Shown piece by piece: positions 29,323 through 42,762 of a DNA stretch of 54,884 nt. The notes under the pieces were generated by a model. It searched no databases, was not told where the DNA came from, and was given only the letters and a program-made list of their open reading frames with translations. The translations under genes and the position numbers were made by a program. The DNA is from Bacillota bacterium (GTDB lineage: Bacteria > Bacillota > Clostridia > Lachnospirales > Lachnospiraceae): the NCBI GenBank assembly GCA_023419655.1, contig JAEZXP010000154.1:1-54884 (forward strand). The letters run 5' to 3'. The stretch's first letter is position 1, and every line of letters starts with the position of its first letter.

Positions 29323-31659
29323 TTATTGGGTTTCCTTGTAATACTCCAACGTATCCACCAGCTCTTTTGTTAGTTCGATATTATCTTTTTGCAATAACCG
29401 GTATCTTCCCTCTATCTCTCTGACTTTCTTAAGGCGGTTTCTTTTGTATCTTGCATAGGCCTCATCAAAAATCGGCTGCCCGTTTAACTGCTCCCTGGTT
29501 TTCTTGGAAAAAGGACAATAGGTTGCCAAAAGCTCTCTGGCAATCTTATTTAATTTAATAGCACCTCTGGCTTCATAATTAATCCAGGTTTCATAGTCAA
29601 TAACAAATATCTCTCTGCTGTTATTTCTTCCTTTTTGAATCTGCAGTTTGATTTTTTCCTTCTTATCCTCAGACAAATCCCTGTTCTTCTTGTAAAACTG
29701 AAGGTAATCCGAATATTCCGAGGTCAGAGATTTATGCTTGATATTATTCCAAGCCGTACCCTCTATGGTTCTACACATTTCCCATCTGAATCTGCCGCAT
29801 GATTTGACGATATTCGCATACAGCTCACTTTCACAGAAAATCGGGAATATAAACCGTCCCGGACTGCTCCTTCTTTTTCCCGTGATATCCTGCCACATAA
29901 TACTGTTGCTTCCCACGGCAGGCATTAATATTATATCCGGGTAAACTCTCTCTATGATATATTCCTTTTCTATCTTTTTCTCCGCATTCATATATAATAT
30001 TTCACGGTCAAATACCGAATAGTCTATATCCAGCAGTCTGCCGAATGCTTCATTGATTATACTCGGGGTAATATAGGCTCTGTCCGGCTGGGATATGAAG
30101 GAATCCTTATGCAATACCGGAACAAAGGTGGTGATTTGTCCGCTTACAAGTTTGTTGGTATAGCGGAATAAATTCTGAATCTCATGGTCCAGCTTCTGCT
30201 CCATATTTGTAACAAGCTCTCTGACCTGGCTGTCCGTAATCTGTCCTTTCCCCTTCATCGTCAGGAGCACTTCATTATATTCCTGGTCAAATTCATTTTT
30301 GGAAGGCTCTTTTTTTCCTTCGTAGATTAATGTAAGCCATTCCTTAATGTTATACACCTTTATGTCCGTTGATGTTTCATCATCCTTCAAAAAGTACAGG
30401 TCTATCAGCTGCTCATTGGTAAGGAGCCTTTCATCAGCATATCCGTATTTTAGGAACATATCAATAATCCGGGGTACATTTTCATCATGATAGGCCTTCA
30501 AGAAAACATGCTTATACAACCCATAATAACCATCTGTAAGGCGTTTTCTAATCTTTCTTGCTCCGTCATCTGTAGAATATTTGTCCTTTAAATTAACAAA
30601 GTCCATCATCGCACTTTGAATTTTTCCGGACGCATCCTTATCTATTCCTGAATAGTTAATAATCTGCTGAAACGAATCGGAAAGCTCTGTAATAACCTTT
30701 TCCGAATCCTCTACCGAATATTTCAGATAGGTCTGTGCACTTATCTCCTTATCTCTGGTTCCGGTGTTGATAAGATGGTACGCTTCCTTCATGCGCTTAT
30801 GATTTATAGCTATCCTGCTTCCCAGCCTGCTGTTAAAAAGAGCCTCTGTCCGGTTTATCTCTTCTATAATGCTGTCAAGAATATCCATAAGCTCGTCGCT
30901 ATTGCCATCCGCATTCACAACTTCAATGGCATAGGCTGCAAGCAATCCAAAAAGAGACGTATCGCTTTCATCAATCAGGCACTCTGACATAAAGATAAGC
31001 TTCTGTGCATATTCCTTTAGAATATCATTTTGCTGATGAATTAACTCTATCTGTTCCTCCAGCTGGTATAAGGTAATGATATTGCTATAGGAATAAAGGC
31101 TTTTAACCGCATCCAAAGGAACTTTTATATATTCTTTATAATAATTTATTTTATTAAAATCGATATCTGCATAACCGGTAAACGGAGACAGCTCCCCAAC
31201 CCATTCCGGCCTTATGACCTTATATCCTCTTCTTGAAGCGGATTCAAAGTAAAACTTATATTTATCTGCTAAAAAGTTATATAAGGCATGTCCTCTCTTT
31301 ACGATGTCACGATAGCACTTATCCAGCTCGTTGATAATATTATTCATGGACATAATAAGAAATCCGTTGTAATCACTATTAATCGAAAGAATATTCTCCA
31401 AATCATCCATATGTTCTATGGCAAATACATAGATGATAAGGTCCTCCATCGCAGTATAAGTGCTCTGGTATCTTCCATGGGTAATATCGCTTACTGCAAG
31501 AAACGAACCTGAACCCATCATATACTTTGTTCCCTTATGATGAACTACGACATGACCTTTAATTACAAGTGCTATACTGGACAGCGGTTCTCCCTCCGTA
31601 TAAATATTCGTCCCCTTTGGATATTGATTCACTGCATTCAAGTTCATATTCGGCTTCAA
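29323..31659 (-). CDS. Large protein with N-terminal cyclic-nucleotide-binding-like domain
   Basis: YPKGTNIYTEGEP...LVIKGHV..GSGSFL Crp/cNMP-type barrel; remaining ~650 aa unassigned. Confidence 0.75.
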   Translation of the reverse strand: MKPNMNLNAVNQYPKGTNIYTEGEPLSSIALVIKGHVVVHHKGTKYMMGSGSFLAVSDITHGRYQSTYTAMEDLIIYVFAIEHMDDLENILSINSDYNGFLIMSMNNIINELDKCYRDIVKRGHALYNFLADKYKFYFESASRRGYKVIRPEWVGELSPFTGYADIDFNKINYYKEYIKVPLDAVKSLYSYSNIITLYQLEEQIELIHQQNDILKEYAQKLIFMSECLIDESDTSLFGLLAAYAIEVVNADGNSDELMDILDSIIEEINRTEALFNSRLGSRIAINHKRMKEAYHLINTGTRDKEISAQTYLKYSVEDSEKVITELSDSFQQIINYSGIDKDASGKIQSAMMDFVNLKDKYSTDDGARKIRKRLTDGYYGLYKHVFLKAYHDENVPRIIDMFLKYGYADERLLTNEQLIDLYFLKDDETSTDIKVYNIKEWLTLIYEGKKEPSKNEFDQEYNEVLLTMKGKGQITDSQVRELVTNMEQKLDHEIQNLFRYTNKLVSGQITTFVPVLHKDSFISQPDRAYITPSIINEAFGRLLDIDYSVFDREILYMNAEKKIEKEYIIERVYPDIILMPAVGSNSIMWQDITGKRRSSPGRFIFPIFCESELYANIVKSCGRFRWEMCRTIEGTAWNNIKHKSLTSEYSDYLQFYKKNRDLSEDKKEKIKLQIQKGRNNSREIFVIDYETWINYEARGAIKLNKIARELLATYCPFSKKTREQLNGQPIFDEAYARYKRNRLKKVREIEGRYRLLQKDNIELTKELVDTLEYYKETQ

Positions 31660-31792
31660 TTTATTCTCTCCAGTTCATAGTAATTTGTCATTTGTACAGA
31701 ATGATTATATACTATAAACTGGCTAATCGAAAGTCAATCTTTGTAATAAAGCCCTATAATAGTACGAAATTCTCATAAGATTGTCGAAAAAA

Positions 31793-31819
31793 TAAGATAG
31801 CTGACATGCAGCTATCTTA
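31793..31819 (-). terminator. Terminator of SRP RNA
   Basis: TAAGATAGCTG-loop-CAGCTATCTTA with T-run on the minus strand. Confidence 0.75.
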
Positions 31820-31835
31820 CTCTATATAAATTTAT

Positions 31836-32099
31836 TCCGTGCATTCTGCTTCGAATGCTTGCCACAGGCGTTACCTCTACAGTTAACTCAGTCCAGGCAC
31901 CCTTACGGCACACAGAAGCTTTCGCTTAGTGCTGCTCCATTCCTGACCTGACACGGTTCACGAATTTCTGTTGCGTAAGACCCAGACGTCAACATCACTT
32001 ATAAAGGGCAGCCCCGCAGCAAGTCACCCTAGGCAGAATATCACCCCTGCTGTAGCGGATTGCAGGTACAGGGCACCGCTATCTCCCCGGCTGCACGGA
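31836..32099 (-). ncRNA. ffs: Signal recognition particle RNA, large (Alu-containing) type
   Basis: Alu domain GGGAGAUAGCGGUGCCCUGUACCUGCAAUCCGCU; helix 8 UGUCAGGUCAGGAAUGGAGCAGCA; paired ends UCCGUGCA/UGCACGGA; downstream of tadA; TTGACA-N17-TATACT promoter. Confidence 0.95.
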
Positions 32100-32161
32100 A
32101 ACTTTTTGACGATTATATGCTGGAACTGTATGCAACAGTATACGGCTTTTCAGCGTTTCTG

Positions 32162-32701
32162 TCAACCCTCAAGCTTTTCCATTTTGTCTTGGTTCTTCTC
32201 TGCTCTATTCCGGACACGAAGTTCCTCAAAAAAACACTGTAATATCCTTGTGCATTCTTCTTTAAGCACTCCGGTGGTTATCTCCACCCTGTGGTTAAAC
32301 TCTTCCATCTGCAATAGATTTAGTATCGAGCCCCCGCACCCCGCTTTGGGATTCATGGTCCCTATAACCGCTCTTTTTATCCTTGCCTGGACGATGGCTC
32401 CCGAGCACATCTGACAAGGCTCCAGTGTAATATATATCGTGCAGTCCTCCAGCCGCCAATCACCCATGATTTTGCTCGCTCTGCTAATTGCGGCCAGCTC
32501 GGCGTGGGCAAGCGTCGTCTTGTCGGTATTCCTTCTATTATAGCCTCTGCCGATAATTTTATCCTGATATACAATGACACAGCCAATCGGCACCTCACCC
32601 CGCTTATAGGCCCGTTTTGCCTGCTTTAGTGCTTCCTTCATATATTTTTCATCCGTCATCCTACAGCTTTCTTTCGTTATCTCACAATTTTCTTTTGCCA
32701 T
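32162..32701 (-). CDS. tadA: tRNA adenosine(34) deaminase
   Basis: EVPIG, AHAE, TLEPCQMC. Confidence 0.95.
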   Translation of the reverse strand: MAKENCEITKESCRMTDEKYMKEALKQAKRAYKRGEVPIGCVIVYQDKIIGRGYNRRNTDKTTLAHAELAAISRASKIMGDWRLEDCTIYITLEPCQMCSGAIVQARIKRAVIGTMNPKAGCGGSILNLLQMEEFNHRVEITTGVLKEECTRILQCFFEELRVRNRAEKNQDKMEKLEG

Positions 32702-32839
32702 ACCACAACTTCCTTTTCTATAGACCTATCATAAAAAATCTGATATATTAATCTTATCTCACAGTATACATATACACACGGATAAGTGCAACGTAAAATC
32801 TGCTTATCCCGCACTCTGCCATCAGAATGGAGAATGAAC

Positions 32840-33535
32840 ATGCATATTCATGGTTTTAATAAATCTACCCTTTTAGACTATCCAAAGCATCTGGCTGCCA
32901 CCATTTTTTTAGGCGGCTGTAACATGCGATGCCCATTTTGTCATAATGCCTCTTTGGTGCTGCGTCCCAATACCCAGCCCGTTATACCCGCAGAAGATGT
33001 TCTGTCTTATCTCAATAAAAGAAAAAACATCCTTGAGGGTGTATGTATTACAGGGGGCGAGCCCACCTTATATCCGGACCTTCCCTTGTTCATCCGTCAA
33101 ATTAAAGAAATCGGACTAAAGGTTAAGCTTGATACGAACGGCACAAATCCTTCAATGATGAAGGATTTGGCGGATAACAGGCTAATTGATTATGTGGCGA
33201 TGGACATTAAAAATTCAAAAGAAAAATATAAGCTTACAGCAGGAAATAAGGATATCTCCATGGATAAAATCGAGAAGAGCGTATCCTTACTTCTTTCCGG
33301 AATCGTTGATTATGAGTTTCGTACCACGGTTGTAAACGAGCTGCATACGGCGCAGGATATGGATGCCATCGGACAGTGGATTCAAAGTGCCAGAGCATAT
33401 TATCTCCAAGCTTATCTTGATTCCAATGATGTTATCTCGCCCGGCTTTACCGGCCCTGCAAAGAAAACCTTACTTTCATATAAGGAGCTTTTATCCCCTT
33501 ACATAGAGCATGTCGATATCCGAGGCATTGATTAA
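32840..33535 (+). CDS. nrdG: Anaerobic ribonucleotide reductase activating protein (radical SAM)
   Basis: DYP, CNMRCPFCHN, TGGEPTL, KLDTNG, YEFRTT. Confidence 0.85.
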   Translation: MHIHGFNKSTLLDYPKHLAATIFLGGCNMRCPFCHNASLVLRPNTQPVIPAEDVLSYLNKRKNILEGVCITGGEPTLYPDLPLFIRQIKEIGLKVKLDTNGTNPSMMKDLADNRLIDYVAMDIKNSKEKYKLTAGNKDISMDKIEKSVSLLLSGIVDYEFRTTVVNELHTAQDMDAIGQWIQSARAYYLQAYLDSNDVISPGFTGPAKKTLLSYKELLSPYIEHVDIRGID

Positions 33536-33543
33536 ATAAGATA

Positions 33544-35055
33544 TCAGAATTTAACCTCTATATACCAGTATCCGAAATCTCCTTGTTTAAGCTCCTTGTT
33601 TTTTATACCCTTAAAGTTTTCAAATCCAAACATTTTTGCCATAAACCGTTCTCTATTATGGAATATACCCGGTACGCCAAGGATGTAGCGGCACCCGTGA
33701 CGAGTTGCTATTTCTGCAAAAATCAGGTGATGGTAACAATAGTAGCCATGAAGCAGAAAGCTGTTATTATTGAGAATTCTTATATCGGACGGCAGCGTTG
33801 CTACATCCTTTGGCTCTATCTTAACACATCTCGAAATCTCATTATCTTCAAATGGATATATCCTCGGATATTCCTCCAGCATTCTTGAAACAATCAGATT
33901 TCCTTTCAAAGAACGGTCCGCTTCTCCAGGTTCCTGTTCTTTTTGTCCTCCCTCTTTCTGTTCCCGCTCTTTCCATTCTATTTCTTTACGCTCCCACTCT
34001 TTTCGTTCTCTCTCTTTCTGTTCTTGTTCTCTCCGCTCTTGTTCTTTTCGTTCCCATTCCTTCCATTCTGCTTCTTTACGCTCCCGTTCCCTCTGCTGCG
34101 CATCTCTTCGTTCCCGTTCTTTACGCTCCGCTTCTTTCCGTTCCCATTCCTTCCGCTCCGCTTCTTTTCTGTCTCGGTCTCTCTGTTCTCTTTCCCACTT
34201 CTCTTGTTCTTTCCATTTTACTTCTTTTAATTCATCCGGATTTATGGCCGCCTGAATTTTTTCATCCGGTGACGGAATATCTTTTTGTGCCGTATCTGTT
34301 TCATACTGCTTATATTTTTCTACTAATTCCCATGGATTTGATGCCATATTCGAATAATACGATGTCACATCCTCTTTCATGGTCCATCTTCCGGGAAGCT
34401 TATATATCGGGCTGTTCATCTGCCCCGGCCGTGCTGCCCTTGCTGCTGCAAGCCTTTCCCTGAGCTCTTTTTCCAGCATATCGGAAGCTTCGAATACATG
34501 GGCCGTATCCGGTTCATTCTCTCCCGATTCAAAGGCCGTCTGTTGCTCCTCTTTTTCCCCTGCTATGTCTACATCAAATTCCTGCCGCCTGTCTGAATCG
34601 GCTGCCGCCACCTCCTGCTCATTTTTAACAGCTTTGTCGGCAGATGCTTTCTTACGCTCCGGATTCAGCGATTCTAAGACCTCTTCCAGAACAACCGGTT
34701 TGTCATCCCACTCGGTGGCATAGAACACCCCGGAATTTAAAAACAGGAGAATCCCTCCCACGCCGGAAAACTTATAGCCTGAATCCATTACATTGTTTTC
34801 ATTGGTACTGAGTCTGCTGTCCATCACCTGGTTTCGTACCGTGCAGTCTCCCAAATAAACCAGGTCCATCTCATCCTCCGGCCTGTGAATCAGATAGGTT
34901 GGAAATATTCCTTCCGGCAAGCCTGTCAGCTGCATATGTATTGTGATTTTGCATTCACCGTTTCTTATCTCCACCCGGGCATAGCCCACATTCTTTTTCT
35001 TAACCCCATGTTCGTATTCATACATATAGGATACGAATCTTTTATAATCAGCCAA
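33544..35055 (-). CDS. DUF6128-like hypothetical protein with internal charged repeats
   Basis: YKRFVSYMYEY N-terminus; NNSFLLHGYY..HL...LGVPG..A.MFGF..F..GDFGYW C-terminus; TTG start. Confidence 0.75.
   Translation of the reverse strand: MADYKRFVSYMYEYEHGVKKKNVGYARVEIRNGECKITIHMQLTGLPEGIFPTYLIHRPEDEMDLVYLGDCTVRNQVMDSRLSTNENNVMDSGYKFSGVGGILLFLNSGVFYATEWDDKPVVLEEVLESLNPERKKASADKAVKNEQEVAAADSDRRQEFDVDIAGEKEEQQTAFESGENEPDTAHVFEASDMLEKELRERLAAARAARPGQMNSPIYKLPGRWTMKEDVTSYYSNMASNPWELVEKYKQYETDTAQKDIPSPDEKIQAAINPDELKEVKWKEQEKWEREQRDRDRKEAERKEWERKEAERKERERRDAQQRERERKEAEWKEWERKEQERREQEQKERERKEWERKEIEWKEREQKEGGQKEQEPGEADRSLKGNLIVSRMLEEYPRIYPFEDNEISRCVKIEPKDVATLPSDIRILNNNSFLLHGYYCYHHLIFAEIATRHGCRYILGVPGIFHNRERFMAKMFGFENFKGIKNKELKQGDFGYWYIEVKF
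33950..34220 (-). repeat. Intragenic 15-bp-period repeat encoding ERKE(A/W) pentapeptides
   Basis: RKEAERKEWERKEAERKERERR..ERKEAEWKEWERKE. Confidence 0.8.
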
Positions 35056-35200
35056 ATTACCACGCTCCCTTGCTTATCCATAATGACTTGGGTTGTTTCA
35101 TGATTCTATTCAATATATTCCATGGAAACGGTCATTATGCCAAACCATGCCCTTTCTTATCATTTCGGATGGAGCGGCCTAAAATCAGGCTCTATAATTA

Positions 35201-35252
35201 ATGAGGCTGTTTTCTCCTGCACAGATTCCATGCATGATATAAACAACCTCAT
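35201..35252. terminator. Stem-loop downstream of carB
   Basis: ATGAGGCTGTTT...AAACAACCTCAT. Confidence 0.55.
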
Positions 35253-35285
35253 CCTATTACACATTATATAATTGATATATATTTC

Positions 35286-38504
<3,219 letters not shown>

Positions 38505-39005
38505 ATAAATAACCTCACCTTTCTTTGATTGCTTCCTTTTGCTGCCGGTTTCATAATAAAAATAGGCAAAAAAAATTTGTATTTTTTCTTTTCTGACCCA
38601 CTTTTATTTGCTCACACAATACAAGCGACTTGCTGCCTGTAAATCTTTCTATCTATATTAATTGAAACTTTATAATTATGCAACTACTATTTTATTATTA
38701 TATATAATTTTTTTATTGCAGAATACAGTATAAAGATTAAAGCAGCCCTTCAAATATTATTGAATTCCTATAATCCTTTATTCTAAAGACTTTGGAGCGA
38801 TTTTACAATGTAAATATCAATAAGAGCGGGAGCTTTGTTGCATTATTAAAGAAAATAGTTTAAAGTCGTTACGTAAAGCGGTTGAGCAATGGTTATTTTT
38901 TATGAATGATAATTAACAGATATTCAGTTGTTAGAAGTGCTGGTTCTTGATACGATTAGCCTGACAAATCCCTAATTGATAGAATATTAAATGGAGGTAA
39001 ATTTA

Positions 39006-40058
39006 ATGAACATAGGTGATGTAATACGGAAGTATCGAAAAAGGAAAAATATGACCCAGGAACAAATGGCAAATTATTTAGGAGTAACCGCTCCCGCAGT
39101 AAACAAATGGGAAAACGGAAATTCTTTTCCGGACATAACATTATTGTCACCGATAGCCAGACTATTGGATATATCTCTCGATACGCTTTTGTCTTTTCAT
39201 GAAACACTAACTGAGGAGGAGATAAATAATATCGTAACTGAGATTGATTTTAAGCTTAGAAACGAAACATATGAAGAAGCATTCAATTTTGCAAAGCTCA
39301 AGATTAAGAGCTATCCTAGCTGCTATCCGTTAATTTGGCAATTAGCACTAATTTTAGATGGATGGAGATTGGCAAATGATATTTTAGATAAGGATAATTA
39401 TGAAGACTATATTTACAACTGCTATATACGTGCTTTAGGAAGTGAAAACGAGAAAATTAGAACAGCAGCAGCTGATTCTCTATACGGCTTCCACATAAGA
39501 AAAGAAGAATATGAAAAAGCTGAAGAGTATCTGGAGTATTTCTCGAATCAGAATCCTTTAAGGAAACAAAAGCAAGCCTACATCTACAGTAAAACAAATA
39601 GATTAGATGAAGCTTATAAGACTTATGAACAGCTGCTATTTTCAGGCTATCAAACAATGAATATGGTATTGGCTCACTTGTATATGCTGGCACAACACGA
39701 GCGTGATACAGACAAGGCTCATATGTTGATTGAAAAGCAATGTCAATTGGCAAAGATACTAGAAATGGGCGAATATCAAGCAATTGCCCCTAGACTTGAT
39801 TTGGTTACATCCGAACAAGATGTCGATATGACAATAGACACCATGGAAAAAATGATAGAGAGCATTGATACATTAGATGGATTTACAAAATCACCTTTAT
39901 ATCAACATCTTGACTTTAAGAAGCTGGACAAAAAATTTATTGAGCAATTACGCAATAATTTAATAACACTATTTAGAGATGAAGATTTATACTGCTATAT
40001 GAAAAACAATCAGAGATGGGAAAATTCAACTTATAAATGGAATAAAACCACTCGATAA
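39006..40058 (+). CDS. XRE-family HTH regulator with C-terminal helical/TPR domain
   Basis: MTQEQMANYLGVTAPAVNKWENGNSFPDI; GGAGG RBS. Confidence 0.9.
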   Translation: MNIGDVIRKYRKRKNMTQEQMANYLGVTAPAVNKWENGNSFPDITLLSPIARLLDISLDTLLSFHETLTEEEINNIVTEIDFKLRNETYEEAFNFAKLKIKSYPSCYPLIWQLALILDGWRLANDILDKDNYEDYIYNCYIRALGSENEKIRTAAADSLYGFHIRKEEYEKAEEYLEYFSNQNPLRKQKQAYIYSKTNRLDEAYKTYEQLLFSGYQTMNMVLAHLYMLAQHERDTDKAHMLIEKQCQLAKILEMGEYQAIAPRLDLVTSEQDVDMTIDTMEKMIESIDTLDGFTKSPLYQHLDFKKLDKKFIEQLRNNLITLFRDEDLYCYMKNNQRWENSTYKWNKTTR

Positions 40059-40154
40059 TTTCTTTCAAGACCCTGTTTAGTTGATATAAAAAAGTTTAAA
40101 GTGACTGTAATTTAGGGAACAACGACCTCGGACGATACCTTCGTACCTTCGAGG

Positions 40155-41024
40155 TCATCTATGGCATACGGAAAGATGATTTGCAATCCCTATAAATTGC
40201 TCCAATGTCAAGGCCTCTCCCCTTATATCTGCGGACAAGCCTGCTGCCTCTAACGCCTCTGCTATTTTGTCCTTGCTAAAGGATAATCCCTCAAAATTAT
40301 AGATGCCGTTTACCAGCGTCTTTCTTCTCTGGTTAAAGGATGCGCGGATTAATAAGAACAAAAGAGCCTCATCCTTCACAGGGTAAAGGGGATTTTCATA
40401 GGGGGTCAGGTTTATAACTGCGGAGCCGACCTTTGGCCGGGGCATAAAGCAGTTGGGAGGTACGTTTGCAGCAATATAAGGTCTGGCATAATACTGTACC
40501 GCAAGAGACAATGCGCCGTAATCCTTTGAACCGGGCACTGCCTGTATACGGTCTGCCACTTCCTTCTGTATCATAATGGTTACATTCGCAAGGGGTACAT
40601 GCTTTTCAAACAGCTCCATTATAATCGGTGTCGTAATATAGTACGGAAGATTCGCAACAACCTTGATGGGCTTATTGTTATTATGTTCTTTCACAAGGGC
40701 TGCAATATCAACCTTAAGAATATCCTCGTTTAATACCTTAACATTATCATACCCGGATAAGGTTTCATCCAAAATGGGAATCAGCATTTTGTCTATTTCC
40801 ACCGCCAGAACCTCTCTGGCATTCTCACACAGATACTGCGTAAGGGTTCCGATTCCCGGACCGATTTCAAGAACAAAATCCTCCTTATTAATATCGGCTG
40901 CCCGTACAATCTTTTCGAGTACATGGGTATCAATCAGAAAGTTCTGTCCGAATTTTTTTCGGAACACAAAGCTGTATTTGTTCAGTATCTTGGTTGTATT
41001 CTTAGGATTTCCTAGCGTCCCCAT
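40155..41024 (-). CDS. rsmA: 16S rRNA m6,2A1518/1519 dimethyltransferase
   Basis: KKFGQNFL, EIGPGIG, ANLPYYITTP, FNQRRKTL. Confidence 0.97.
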   Translation of the reverse strand: MGTLGNPKNTTKILNKYSFVFRKKFGQNFLIDTHVLEKIVRAADINKEDFVLEIGPGIGTLTQYLCENAREVLAVEIDKMLIPILDETLSGYDNVKVLNEDILKVDIAALVKEHNNNKPIKVVANLPYYITTPIIMELFEKHVPLANVTIMIQKEVADRIQAVPGSKDYGALSLAVQYYARPYIAANVPPNCFMPRPKVGSAVINLTPYENPLYPVKDEALLFLLIRASFNQRRKTLVNGIYNFEGLSFSKDKIAEALEAAGLSADIRGEALTLEQFIGIANHLSVCHR

Positions 41025-41025
41025 T

Positions 41026-41802
41026 CTATATCCTTTCATTCTTAAAATACAGCCTTTTGGCATTCTCGTTGGTAATCCGAACGACTGTATCATAATCTGT
41101 ATTCTTGATTCTGGCTATTTCCCTTACTATATACGGCAGGTACAGAGAGCTGTTTCGTTTTCCCCTGAACGGTACCGGTGCCAGATACGGGCAATCCGTC
41201 TCAAGTACCAATTGCTCCAGGGGAGCAAATTCTACGACCTCTTTTAACTTCTTTCCGTTGGTAAAGGTCACAACCCCGCCGATACCCAGATAAAAGCCCA
41301 TATTAAGATACTGGCTGGCCTGCTCCACACCGTAGCCGAAGCAGTGAAGAATTGCACCAATATCCGTGACACCGGCCTCCTTCATCATGTTAAAGGTATC
41401 ATTGGCAGCGTCCCTGCTATGAATTACCAAGGCCTTTCCTACTTCCTTTGCCATCTCCATCTGTCTGGCAAACCAAATCTTTTGCGTCTCCCTGTCCGGT
41501 GTATCCCAGTAATAATCAAGGCCAATTTCTCCCACGGCCACGACCTTGGGATGCCTTGCTTTTTCCTTTAGCCATGTAAGGCGCTCTTCATCCATCGACA
41601 TGGAATCTCCCGGATGAATCCCTACGGCTGCATAGATATATTCATAGGCCTCTGCCAAACCGATAGACTGGTCTACGGTCTTTATTCCCGAGCTGATATT
41701 TACTGCGTATTCTATGTTGTTATTCGGAAGGCTTTTTAGCAGTTCCTCCCTGTCTTCATCAAATGCCTCATCCTCATAATGGGCATGGGTTTCAAATATC
41801 AT
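41026..41802 (-). CDS. tatD: TatD-family nuclease
   Basis: ETHAH, GIHP, GEIGLDY, HSRDA, ETDCPYLAP. Confidence 0.95.
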   Translation of the reverse strand: MIFETHAHYEDEAFDEDREELLKSLPNNNIEYAVNISSGIKTVDQSIGLAEAYEYIYAAVGIHPGDSMSMDEERLTWLKEKARHPKVVAVGEIGLDYYWDTPDRETQKIWFARQMEMAKEVGKALVIHSRDAANDTFNMMKEAGVTDIGAILHCFGYGVEQASQYLNMGFYLGIGGVVTFTNGKKLKEVVEFAPLEQLVLETDCPYLAPVPFRGKRNSSLYLPYIVREIARIKNTDYDTVVRITNENAKRLYFKNERI

Positions 41803-41906
41803 GATTTAACCTCATTTTCTAAAGCTTATTTCTTCTGTTCATGTGCCTCGTTTATTATACAACAGCTTATCCATTTAGACAATATTATGCTCCTGATTTA
41901 AAAATG

Positions 41907-42734
41907 CTAGCAATTGCCCCGATAAACGTATTTAAGATTCTTACGGGCGATGTCAGCCAACCGGTATACTGTCTTAACAGCCGTTGCCTCCCTGTCCTGC
42001 ATCTTCCACATGGGAAAAAACCGGGATATATGAAGGGGAATCTCCGGGCTGATACCGGATAGCCAGCCGGACAAGGCTTCCATTTCTTCTACGCTGTCAT
42101 TTTCACCGGGAATGATTAAGGTGGTAACCTCAACATGACAATGTTTTGCCGCTGTTTTTATGGTATTCTTAACGGTTTCCAAATCTCCCTTGAGCTTTTT
42201 ATAAAATTCCTCTGAGAAGCCCTTTAAATCAATATTGAAGGCATCAATTACCGGAAGCAGTTTTCGAAGGGGCTCTTCGCATATAAAGCCGTTGGTTACA
42301 ACTACATTCTTAAGGCCTCTTTTCCTGGCAAGCTCACTGCAATCCTGAACAAACTCATACCCTATCAGGGGTTCATTATAGGTATAAGCAATTCCGATAT
42401 TGCCTCGGTCCTTCAGCTCATAAGCCTGTCTGACCAGTCTGTCACCAGTTGTATTGCCATAGTCTGCCTCCGCTCCTTTAACCATGGCGATATCATGGTT
42501 TTGGCAAAATGGGCACCGTAAATTGCAGCCGTAGCTTCCGACAGAAAGTATCTTACTGCCGGGATAAAAATGATACAACGGCTTTTTTTCTATCGGGTCT
42601 AGCGCCATGGCAGTGATTTTTCCGTAATTCTCACTGACGGCCTTGCCGTCTTTGCAGATTCTTCCCCGGCAAAATCCCAGCTCTCCCTCTTGCAGTTTGC
42701 AATGATGGGGACATATGTTGCATACGGTATTCAA
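41907..42734 (-). CDS. amrS: AmmeMemoRadiSam system radical SAM enzyme
   Basis: CNICPHHC..G.C, DPIEKKPLYHF.PG, CNLRCPFCQN, YTYNEP. Confidence 0.93.
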   Translation of the reverse strand: MNTVCNICPHHCKLQEGELGFCRGRICKDGKAVSENYGKITAMALDPIEKKPLYHFYPGSKILSVGSYGCNLRCPFCQNHDIAMVKGAEADYGNTTGDRLVRQAYELKDRGNIGIAYTYNEPLIGYEFVQDCSELARKRGLKNVVVTNGFICEEPLRKLLPVIDAFNIDLKGFSEEFYKKLKGDLETVKNTIKTAAKHCHVEVTTLIIPGENDSVEEMEALSGWLSGISPEIPLHISRFFPMWKMQDREATAVKTVYRLADIARKNLKYVYRGNC

Positions 42735-42762
42735 TCGTACAATCCCTCCATTCGGGTTTATT

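Noticed and set aside
31971..32414. 147-aa + strand ORF
   Set aside because: Overlaps the SRP RNA and tadA on the opposite strand; no protein features.
33583..34723. Several overlapping + strand ORFs rich in S/F/L/R
   Set aside because: Antisense shadows of the purine-rich repeat in the minus-strand gene.
38780..38920. Possible gene remnant upstream of the XRE regulator
   Set aside because: Only short open frames with no recognisable motif; cannot be supported without a homology search.
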